Shown here: in pieces, positions 37,748 to 47,971 of the stretch
Layout of the letters: the number at the start of each line of letters is the position of its first letter
How positions within the stretch are numbered: the stretch's first letter is position 1
Assembly: GCA_026705465.1 (NCBI GenBank)
Contig: JAPPAP010000004.1
Span: 20,337 to 84,336 of the forward strand
Reading direction: 5' to 3'
Length of the DNA stretch: 64,000 nt
Source: a bacterium
GTDB lineage: Bacteria; Actinomycetota; Acidimicrobiia; Acidimicrobiales; Bin134
Program-made: the position numbers and the translations under genes
Notes under the pieces: generated by a model
Database searches by the model: none
Told to the model about the DNA's origin: nothing
What the model saw: only the letters and a program-made list of their open reading frames with translations

Positions 37748-39277
37748 TCAGTCTGCAAATCGATCCCGGAGCTCGTGCTTCAGCACCTTGCCGGTGGCAT
37801 TCCGAGGCAGCGACTCGACGATTTCTATCTGCTCGGGGATCTTCTGGGGCATGATCCCCGACGCCCGGAAGTAGTCGCCCACCTCACCCAAAGTAAGCCC
37901 CTCAGCACCCGAAGCCAGCTCAACGACTGCGCACACCCGCTCGCCCCGCTCCTCGTCGGGCAAACCGATCACCCCGGCGTCGAGCACCTTGGGGTGGGCG
38001 AACAGCAGATCCTCGATCTCGGTGGCCGAGATGTTCTCCCCCTTGCGGATGATGATGTCCTTCACCCGCCCGGTGAGCGTCACATATCCCTCGGCGTCGA
38101 GAAATCCCACGTCGCCGGTATGGAACCACCCGTCCTCGAACGCGGCCGCGGTCATCGCCTCATCCATGTAGCCCCGGCACACCATGGGCCCCTTGATCCA
38201 CAGCTCCCCTTCCATGCCGACGTCGGCCGGTTCACCGTCGAAGCCCACCACCTTGATTTCCGCCCCGGCCAACGGCCGACCCTCGGTCTCAGCCAGCTTC
38301 TCATCGGGGTCGTCGGGGGTGTTCTGGGCGATGATCGGCGCCTCGGTCATCCCCCAGGCGTGCCCGCATCCCCGCCCACCGATCTCGGCCTGCACCTCGT
38401 AGTGCTGGGATGCCGGCATCGGCGCGCCGCCGCCGGAGAAGAGCCGGAGTCGAGGAAGGATCGACTGGCCGGGCTGCTTGCGCTGCTCGGCCACAAAGGC
38501 CATGAAGAAGGCCGGACCCCCGCCCACCAGGGTGACGTCGTGGCGGGCGAACAGCGCGGTGGTCTCGGTGGGATCGAAAGCCTCGGCGATCACCAGGGTG
38601 CAGCCCGAGCTCAACGACACCGACAGGTTGGACACCCCGCCGATGTGGGCGAACGGAAAGGCCAGTCCGAACTTGTCGTCGGCGGTGACGTGCTGGCGCT
38701 CCACCATGGCGATTCCCGACGCCATCACCGACGTGTCGCAGTGGCGGGCGCCCTTGGGATCAGACGTGGTGCCCGACGTGTAGTACACCCACCGGATTTC
38801 CTCGGGGTCCTCGGGGACGGGAACGTCATCCAATACCGAGATATCGCCCTCGGGGAGTTCGCCGTCGCACACCACCACGTCCAGTCCGTCGACCTCGGCG
38901 GCGATCCCCTCGGCCATGGCTTGGTAATCGAACCCCCGCCACACCGACGGCACCAAGAACAGCCGAGCCCCGGTCTGGCGAATGCAGAACCCCACTTCCC
39001 GCTCCCGGTACACCGGGATGATCGGGTTCTGCACTGCCCCCAACCGAGCCAGCGCGGCCTGCAACACCAGCGTGGACGGCCAAGTCGGCAGTTGCCACGA
39101 CACCGACACCCCCCGCCCCGCCCCCAACTCAACCAACCCCGCCGCCACCCGCAACGCCGCATCCCGATAACCGGCAAAGGTGAGCACCTGATCCTGGTCG
39201 TCGATGATCATCAGAGCATCCGGCGTCAACTCCGCCCGCCGCTCCACCATCCCCCAAAACGTCCCGCCGCTCAACAC
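37748..39277 (-). CDS. AMP-dependent acyl-CoA synthetase/ligase (4 of 4)
   Basis: AMP-binding motifs (VYYTSGTTSDPKGA, WGMTEA, WFHTGD, ATGKVLKHELR). Confidence 0.9.
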   Translation of the reverse strand: MLSGGTFWGMVERRAELTPDALMIIDDQDQVLTFAGYRDAALRVAAGLVELGAGRGVSVSWQLPTWPSTLVLQAALARLGAVQNPIIPVYREREVGFCIRQTGARLFLVPSVWRGFDYQAMAEGIAAEVDGLDVVVCDGELPEGDISVLDDVPVPEDPEEIRWVYYTSGTTSDPKGARHCDTSVMASGIAMVERQHVTADDKFGLAFPFAHIGGVSNLSVSLSSGCTLVIAEAFDPTETTALFARHDVTLVGGGPAFFMAFVAEQRKQPGQSILPRLRLFSGGGAPMPASQHYEVQAEIGGRGCGHAWGMTEAPIIAQNTPDDPDEKLAETEGRPLAGAEIKVVGFDGEPADVGMEGELWIKGPMVCRGYMDEAMTAAAFEDGWFHTGDVGFLDAEGYVTLTGRVKDIIIRKGENISATEIEDLLFAHPKVLDAGVIGLPDEERGERVCAVVELASGAEGLTLGEVGDYFRASGIMPQKIPEQIEIVESLPRNATGKVLKHELRDRFAD

Positions 39278-39321
39278 GCCAAAACCCTAGACCTGCCACT
39301 CCCCGGTAAGCCCCACCAACC

Positions 39322-39451
39322 CCCCTCCCCACAAATCAAGGGATTGGAGGCCAATAGTTAGAAGGCTGGGGGGTGGCCCGGCTCAGGGCGCCCGCCTCCC
39401 CCTTCCCACAAACCAAGGGGTTGGAGGCCCAATGTAGGCAGGCTGGCGGGC
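39322..39451. repeat. Imperfect tandem duplication (~75-bp period) in a divergent intergenic region
   Basis: CCCCTCCCCACAAATCAAGGGATTGGAGGCCAATAGTTAGAAGGCTGG... aligns with CCCCTTCCCACAAACCAAGGGGTTGGAGGCCCAATGTAGGCAGGCTGG..., read directly. Confidence 0.65.
39368..39396. repeat. GC-rich intergenic element B, copy 2
   Basis: Exact 29-bp match to 24974-25002. Confidence 0.75.
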
Positions 39452-39470
39452 CATCAAATTGGGCCGTGGT

Positions 39471-39539
39471 GGGGGGTGGCGCCGGTGGCGGACCTGGCCG
39501 CACCGACGGCCAGGCCGCTTCCGGTGACAGGACCCGCCA
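39471..39539. repeat. GC-rich REP-like element A, copy 2
   Basis: 68/69 match to 12248-12316, in the same orientation. Confidence 0.85.
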
Positions 39540-39603
39540 CCACGGCCCCGCCAGTAACAGCCCGCCAGCCTGCCGGGCGATGGTCTACCCTCCAAACAGA
39601 GCC

Positions 39604-40518
39604 ATGACCACCCTGTCAGTCACGCTGCCGTCGTTCGGCCCCATCTTTCGGGACAACAACTTCCACCAGATCGCCGACCTCGCCCAGATGGCCGAACAAG
39701 CCGGAGTGGACCGCATCATGCTCACCGATCACGTGGTCATGGGCCAGCACACCGATAAGTATCCCTACGGCCCTTTCCCCTTTCCACCCGAGACCGCATG
39801 GCTGGAGCCGCTGGCCGCCATCGCCCACATGGCCGCCGTCACCGAGAGAGTCCGTTTCAGCACCAAGATCCTGATCGCCCCCCTTCGCCCCGCCGCGGTG
39901 CTGGCCAAGACCCTGGCCACCATGGACGTGCTCTCCCAAGGCCGCCTGGAAGTAGGCGTAGGCACCGGGTGGCAACGGGAAGAGTACGATGCGGCGGGAA
40001 TCCCCTGGACAGAACGGGGTCAGCGCCTCACTGACACCATTGCCGCCTGCAAGGCGCTGTGGCGGGATTCCCCGGCCTCGTTCCACTCGACCACCGTCAA
40101 CTTCGACGACATCTGGTGCGAGCCCAAGCCAGCCCAGCCTGGCGGCATCCCCATTTGGGTGGCCGGTGCGCTCCACCCCAACAACCTGGCCCGCCTCATC
40201 GAACACGCCGACGGCTGGATTCCACCCCCCTACGGCACCCTCGAAGAAGTGGCTGATGGCGTGAGGCAACTCAAGGGGGCTCTCGCCGCCACCGGACGGA
40301 GCATGGACGGCTTTGGCGTCCAGGGCGACATCGACGCAGTAGCCGGCAACGATGACCGTCCGTCCATCACAGCCAGCATGGACGCTGCCGCCGATTGGAT
40401 CGACGCGGGCGCTACCACCATCAATGTGGTGATGTCGTTGTTCTGCTGGCGCATGGACCGAGCCCAGGCCTGGTTCGACGACTTGGCCCAGAGTTGGGAA
40501 TTGCTCGGACTCCGCTGA
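39604..40518 (+). CDS. LLM-class oxidoreductase, probable F420-dependent type
   Basis: Start at MTTLSVTLPSFG (39604). Paralogous to 16367-17305 (LTDHVVMG, LATMDVLSQGRLEVGVGTGWQREEY). Confidence 0.8.
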   Translation: MTTLSVTLPSFGPIFRDNNFHQIADLAQMAEQAGVDRIMLTDHVVMGQHTDKYPYGPFPFPPETAWLEPLAAIAHMAAVTERVRFSTKILIAPLRPAAVLAKTLATMDVLSQGRLEVGVGTGWQREEYDAAGIPWTERGQRLTDTIAACKALWRDSPASFHSTTVNFDDIWCEPKPAQPGGIPIWVAGALHPNNLARLIEHADGWIPPPYGTLEEVADGVRQLKGALAATGRSMDGFGVQGDIDAVAGNDDRPSITASMDAAADWIDAGATTINVVMSLFCWRMDRAQAWFDDLAQSWELLGLR

Positions 40519-40555
40519 CTTCAGAGGCAGTCTCCATTCCCACCCGTAGGCTCCG

Positions 40556-41581
40556 ATGATGCAGTTCGTCAACGCTCGGGAGCTTGATCAAAGTCTCTTC
40601 GAGGCAGCCCTGGAACTTCAGCAGCGGCTGGATCGCGCCCGCGACCCCGAGCTCCCTGCCACCCCTGCTGACGAACTGCGGGCTACGTTCGATGACGACG
40701 CCAGCGAGAACGCCCGCCACGAGCGGATTGTGGCATTCGACGAGGGACAAGCCGTCGCCCTTGGCCATTTGGAACTAACCCACGATTCCGCCAACAAAAG
40801 GCTGGCCATCGTGGAGATAACCTCAGTCCGCCACGACATCTCAAAGGTTGTTTTGGGCGAACTGCTGCGAATGGCACGAGCCGACGGCCGAACTTCGGTC
40901 ATCGCCTGGGGCGACTGCACGGCCGAGGCCGATGCATTCTGGACCGGGCTGGGCGCCGAGCTGCGCTCCACCGAGCAGGAGTCCGATTTGGATATGGCCT
41001 CGGTGGACGCCGAACTGATGAGACGGTGGATCGACGCCGCTCCCGACGACATCAATCTGGTGCACTGGGCCGGCCGCTGCCCCGAAGAACACATCGACGC
41101 CCTCGTCGTCACCGCCAACGCCATGAACGATGCTCCCACCGACAGCCTCGAAATCGAGGACATGTCCTTCGACGCAGCCATCCTGCGAGCCGACTTCGAC
41201 GCTCGTGACGCCTGCGGCATCGACTATCTGGGCCTACTGGCCGTGGGCACCGACGGGTCGGCCGCAGGCGCCACCGAGGTATTCGTCAACCGCTTCCGAC
41301 CTGCCTTCGCATGGCAGTGGAATACGGTCGTGCTGCCCGCCTACCGGGGTCGGGGCATCGGGCGCTGGATAAAGGCTGCGATGTGGCAGCGGCTGCGCGC
41401 CGAGGTCCCCGAGGCAACCACGCTGCGCACCGGCAACGCGGAGAGCAACGCCGCCATGCTGGCCATCAACACCGAAATGGGCTTCCAACCATCCCACCTC
41501 ATGGGGTGCTGGCAAGCCGACCTGACAACCCTCGAATCAGGGCTCAGCCGTGGCGGGGGCAGAGGCGGTATCACCGCGTGA
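40556..41581 (+). CDS. GNAT family N-acetyltransferase (two-domain)
   Basis: Acetyl-CoA-binding motif VLPAYRGRGIGRWIK in the C-terminal half. 341 aa suggests tandem GNAT folds. Confidence 0.7.
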   Translation: MMQFVNARELDQSLFEAALELQQRLDRARDPELPATPADELRATFDDDASENARHERIVAFDEGQAVALGHLELTHDSANKRLAIVEITSVRHDISKVVLGELLRMARADGRTSVIAWGDCTAEADAFWTGLGAELRSTEQESDLDMASVDAELMRRWIDAAPDDINLVHWAGRCPEEHIDALVVTANAMNDAPTDSLEIEDMSFDAAILRADFDARDACGIDYLGLLAVGTDGSAAGATEVFVNRFRPAFAWQWNTVVLPAYRGRGIGRWIKAAMWQRLRAEVPEATTLRTGNAESNAAMLAINTEMGFQPSHLMGCWQADLTTLESGLSRGGGRGGITA

Positions 41582-41612
41582 GGCAGCGAAGCCCCGTTGT
41601 TCACAAGTTGAA

Positions 41613-42854
41613 TCAGGGAATGTCGCCGTCGGCCCGGAAGCGCTCAATTGCTTCGGCAGGCCGGCCGGCGATCACCCCGTCAACCGGCAGGTCGATGAGC
41701 TCGGCGTAGTAGTCGGGGTGTTCCTGCCAGTCCTCGTTGGGCCATACCCACACCGCCAAGCCTTCGTCGGCGGCTTTGGCCAACAGGTCGGGAGTGAGCA
41801 CGTCAAGGCCGCTGAAGGTGGGCGGCACCTGCAGAATGAGGTCGTTGGGATGCAGCGGGACCGACGCGAATGCCCACGCCGGCAAGGAGTCCTGACCAGG
41901 GCTGGTAACGACCTCGGGCGCCAGCTCCCGGAATCCGACCAGCGCCTCGTCCCTGAAAGAGACCACCACGACCGAGTCGGTGCGGCCCAGCTCCTCGATT
42001 TCGGCAGCCAGTACTGCCGCCATCTCGAGGATGAAGTCGATGTCGTCCTCCCCGTCGTCGCCCGCGGGGGTCTTGATCTCCACGTCCAGCACGTGCTCTG
42101 GAAACGCCAGCGCCACCGCCCGGAATGTCTCCACCCGGAAGTCGTCAGGACCGTACCCCTCGGGAGGAGCGACATCACCAGTGCGAATGCCCCGATAGGA
42201 GTAAGCATCGGGGGCGAGATCGTGGCTGGGCCACTCCTCCGACCACCAGTAGGCGTTGTCGAGCGCCTGAAGCTCTTCGTAGGTCATGTCCCGCACTCGC
42301 CCGGTGGCATTGGTGGTGCGGTCGACGGTGTCGTCGTGGTGCACCACCAGCACTCGGTCGGCAGTCATCTGCAAATCCATCTCCAACACGTCAACCCCGG
42401 CGTAGGCCGCCTGGGAGAAGGCGTACATGGTGGAGTGGGGCCACGAACGATCGCCGCCCGCGTGGCCGATGACCAACGGCCGACCCAGCGCCAACAACTC
42501 GCGCACCGTGCTGGCCGCCGGAGTCGGAACCGGGGGAAGAACTGCCCCGGTTGGCTCCGGTGTGCTGGTCGCCGGCTCCGCAGTGGGGGTGGCAACAGGT
42601 GTTTGTTCGGCTGGCTCCAGCTCCGCCCCATTCTCCTCAGCGGCCACCGGGGTTGCGGCTTGCGTCGGCGTGGAAGCTTCGGCGGGAGAGGCGGTTGGAG
42701 TTGCGGCAGGAGCCGAGGATGCGGTGTCTTGCTCAGCGCTCGGAGCCCTGTCATCTGAATCGCCGCACGCCGTCAACAACACGCACAGCAGGCTCAAGGC
42801 CAACAGGGTGGACACGAACACCGGCGATACCAATGTCTTCGGCAATTGGCGCAT
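41613..42854 (-). CDS. Glycerophosphodiester phosphodiesterase (GDPD) family lipoprotein with a Pro/Thr/Ala-rich linker
   Basis: Lipobox LLTAC and a low-complexity linker of about 90 aa. The GDPD-like core reads VIGHAGG..WPHSTMYAF..GVDVLEMDLQMTADRVLVVHHDDTVDRTT. Confidence 0.75.
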   Translation of the reverse strand: MRQLPKTLVSPVFVSTLLALSLLCVLLTACGDSDDRAPSAEQDTASSAPAATPTASPAEASTPTQAATPVAAEENGAELEPAEQTPVATPTAEPATSTPEPTGAVLPPVPTPAASTVRELLALGRPLVIGHAGGDRSWPHSTMYAFSQAAYAGVDVLEMDLQMTADRVLVVHHDDTVDRTTNATGRVRDMTYEELQALDNAYWWSEEWPSHDLAPDAYSYRGIRTGDVAPPEGYGPDDFRVETFRAVALAFPEHVLDVEIKTPAGDDGEDDIDFILEMAAVLAAEIEELGRTDSVVVVSFRDEALVGFRELAPEVVTSPGQDSLPAWAFASVPLHPNDLILQVPPTFSGLDVLTPDLLAKAADEGLAVWVWPNEDWQEHPDYYAELIDLPVDGVIAGRPAEAIERFRADGDIP

Positions 42855-42904
42855 GCTAAAGACTCTAGGGCCAAATTTCAGGATGCCTCGCTGGCACCAT
42901 CCCG

Positions 42905-43549
42905 CTAGTACTGGGGCGCGGCTACTACCCCATCGCGCATGAATCCGGTGACGCCGGTGCGGGTGGCACAGCAGTGGCCCGTCTCGTTCATGCTCATCAG
43001 CACCCGGCGGTCGTCGTCAACCCACACCCGGCAGATGCCGGAGTAGGACACCTGGAGGTGGATGCGCTCCGACGCCATCACCAGCTCCGACACCACCCGA
43101 TTAACCACACCCCCGTGGCAGGCCACCGCTATGTGCTGCCCAGGCCGGGCCTCGCACAGCCGATCGAAGGCGGCCATCACCCGCTTGTGGAACTCCTCGG
43201 GGGTGTCCCAACCGATGGCGGCGTAGTCCTGAGCCCGAATGGCCTCGTAGTACTCACCGCCCTCAGAAGCCAAGAGCTCGGTGGGGAGATACACCTTGGA
43301 GTTGCGGTCGATCTCGGTAAAGTCCTCTTCCAACTCGATTTCCAGCCCCAGCCGGACAGCCAGCGGCTCGATGGTCTCGATGGCCCGTCGCTTGGTGCTG
43401 GAGATGATGTGGTCGAAGGGCTCGTGCTCCAGCCAGTCGGCCAGCCGCTCGGCCTGCCACTTGCCCAGTTCGCTGAGCCCGGGGTCGGCCACCGCATCGG
43501 TATTCCACTCTCGCTCGGGCTGGCCGTGGCGGATAAAGGCGATCTGCAC
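42905..43549 (-). CDS. Histidine phosphatase (phosphoglycerate-mutase-like) family protein
   Basis: N-terminal catalytic motif IAFIRHGQPE, with a downstream HGG. Confidence 0.8.
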   Translation of the reverse strand: MQIAFIRHGQPEREWNTDAVADPGLSELGKWQAERLADWLEHEPFDHIISSTKRRAIETIEPLAVRLGLEIELEEDFTEIDRNSKVYLPTELLASEGGEYYEAIRAQDYAAIGWDTPEEFHKRVMAAFDRLCEARPGQHIAVACHGGVVNRVVSELVMASERIHLQVSYSGICRVWVDDDRRVLMSMNETGHCCATRTGVTGFMRDGVVAAPQY

Positions 43550-43571
43550 CTCAATACCCTACGCTGCCCAG

Positions 43572-43937
43572 ATGAACAACAAAGAAGCAGATCGTGTCGC
43601 CTGGAACAACATCATGCTGGTCGATCCTCCTGACAGCGACGACCTGTACCTGCGGTTCACCAAGCGGGTATTCACCGACGTGTGGGCCCGTCCCCGCTTG
43701 GAACGGAGAGAGCGGCGCCTGATCACCCTGACCGCCATCGCCGCCACCGGCAACGGCCCCATCCTGCCCCATCATTTGAAGCCGGCCATGGAGTCGGGCG
43801 ACCTTACCCCCGACGAATTGGAAGAGTGGGTGGTGCATTTGGCCCACTATGCCGGGTGGCCGGCCAGTGCCCAGGCCTATACCGCCCTGCGGATGGCTGC
43901 CGCCGAACTCGGCCTGGAGTTTGAAGGAGGCGACTGA
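43572..43937 (+). CDS. Carboxymuconolactone decarboxylase (CMD) family protein
   Basis: ATG at 43572. CMD-like sequence (RERRLITLTAIAATG...HHLKPAMESGDLTPDELEEWVVHLAHYAGWP). Confidence 0.7.
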   Translation: MNNKEADRVAWNNIMLVDPPDSDDLYLRFTKRVFTDVWARPRLERRERRLITLTAIAATGNGPILPHHLKPAMESGDLTPDELEEWVVHLAHYAGWPASAQAYTALRMAAAELGLEFEGGD

Positions 43938-43956
43938 CGGTTCCGGCCACCAACCC

Positions 43957-45312
43957 CTATTCCAGCGCCACCTCTTCGCAAAGCGACGGTGCACTGGCTG
44001 GATCGAACACCCTGGGTCGCGAGACGAACCCCGTGCCGGGGCGATCAGTAGTCAAATAGGCCTCAATGGCATCGGCGGTGGCATTGGCAGCGACGCTGAT
44101 GTACCCATCGGTAGCGAACAGCGCAGCTTCGGAAGGGTTGGACAAGAAGCCGTACTCGATGAGAACAGCCGGAACATTGGGATGACGGATCATGCCGTAG
44201 GCGTCATGGCCGTCGGGGAGCAACACCCGCAGCACCCCAGCGCCAGCGTGCCTGCCCCAACTGATGTTGGGAAAGCCGTTCAGCGCCCTGGTGATCTCCT
44301 CGTAGAGGAGCCCGCCAAGACGAGCTGAATCGGCTCGGGACTCTGAGCGCGACACCGACTGCACATACACCTCGGTGCCAGGCGTGCTGCTTCTCCGCCC
44401 CGTGGGTGCGTTGTGGTGGATCGAGATGATGGCATCGGCCCTCAGGTCGTCGGCCAAGGCGGCCCGTACCGACAGGAGCGAGCCGTAGGAACCGGTGCGA
44501 GCGAGCACCGCAGAGATGTCGCGATCAGCGAGCTCCTTTGCAATGGCGCGGCTGAGAGTCAGGTTCAGATCGCGCTCCACCAGGCCGTTGGGTCCCACCG
44601 CCCCGGTGTCCCACCATCCCCCGTGGCCCGGGTCGAGCACGATCTGCGCCCCGTAGATGGGCTGACCGCCCGACACCTCCGCGGTATTGCCGCATGGCGT
44701 GCGAACCAAGTAGCCGCTGCCGACTCGGCCGAGAACGGCGACCGGCACTCCTCTCGGCGTGATCAACCCCCGCGGGGTGTCTTCTTCAGCGCCTGCTGGA
44801 GATTCACCAGCATCGAGGGGCGGCGACAGAGTCACCGGGGGGGAGATCGTAAGCGGCGAACTGGAACGCCAGCGCCCGATCTCGACATCGCTAGACAAGA
44901 ACCGGCGAGTAGGAAGCATCCGGTCCCCCCAGCCCAAGCCCTCCCCCAACTGCTGCAACGCTACTTCGGTTCCCCTGGTGCCAACTCGGCGGGCGGCAAT
45001 GCGAACCCACTGCTCTCCAGCCAGGGTTTGCAATGCTACCGGGGAGCTATAGCGCCAGCGCCCGATCTCTACGTCGTCAGACAAGAACCGCTCCGCCGGC
45101 AACACCAGATCGCCCCAATGATTGCCGCCCTCGTACGGCTGCAAGGCCACCTCTGTTCCCCCGGCGGCAACCCGGCGGGCGGCAATCCGCACTTGGACCT
45201 CGCTCTGGGCACCGGCAAAGGAGCAGATCGGACCCAACACCGCCGATACGAGCACGATCGCCACCGCCGCCAGCAGGCGAGTGGGCCGCCTGCCACACCT
45301 CCGCGCCCTCAC
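43957..45312 (-). CDS. N-acetylmuramoyl-L-alanine amidase (Amidase_3) with a signal peptide and duplicated N-terminal domain
   Basis: Catalytic domain sequence (VLDPGHGG, NLTLSRAIAKEL, ISIHHNA). N-terminal hydrophobic signal. Two copies of an uncharacterised module of about 54 aa. Confidence 0.85.
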   Translation of the reverse strand: MRARRCGRRPTRLLAAVAIVLVSAVLGPICSFAGAQSEVQVRIAARRVAAGGTEVALQPYEGGNHWGDLVLPAERFLSDDVEIGRWRYSSPVALQTLAGEQWVRIAARRVGTRGTEVALQQLGEGLGWGDRMLPTRRFLSSDVEIGRWRSSSPLTISPPVTLSPPLDAGESPAGAEEDTPRGLITPRGVPVAVLGRVGSGYLVRTPCGNTAEVSGGQPIYGAQIVLDPGHGGWWDTGAVGPNGLVERDLNLTLSRAIAKELADRDISAVLARTGSYGSLLSVRAALADDLRADAIISIHHNAPTGRRSSTPGTEVYVQSVSRSESRADSARLGGLLYEEITRALNGFPNISWGRHAGAGVLRVLLPDGHDAYGMIRHPNVPAVLIEYGFLSNPSEAALFATDGYISVAANATADAIEAYLTTDRPGTGFVSRPRVFDPASAPSLCEEVALE

Positions 45313-45415
45313 TGTGCCCCACTATCCATGACACTCCACAACTAGTAGCCCACAGCCAATCCCGCCAAACGAGGCGGCTGTTGGTGGTCCGTCTGTGAAT
45401 TGGCAGGGCGTCCTG

Positions 45416-47893
<2,478 letters not shown>

Positions 47894-47950
47894 CAGCGTG
47901 CACCTCGTTGTTGGGCAGTTTTTCGGTTCTTCTATTGATAACCGCCAGAA

Positions 47951-47971
47951 GTTGAGGGTATTCCACTCAAT
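47951..47971 (-). promoter_or_regulatory. HAIR-like inverted repeat (candidate HspR operator) upstream of clpB
   Basis: On the clpB sense strand it reads ATTGAGT-N7-CCTCAAC, against the HAIR consensus CTTGAGT-N7-ACTCAAG (11/14). It lies 58-78 nt upstream of the clpB ATG and overlaps the stop of the upstream MFS gene. Confidence 0.45.

Noticed and set aside
37775-39361. 528-aa ORF on the plus strand
   Set aside because: It is antisense to the acyl-CoA synthetase, which has clear AMP-binding motifs. The sequence is low-complexity and Arg/Gly/His-rich.
45362-45378. Hairpin CCGCC-aaacga-GGCGG downstream of clpB as a terminator
   Set aside because: The stem is only 5 bp and no U-tract follows on the clpB strand. 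It is too weak to annotate.
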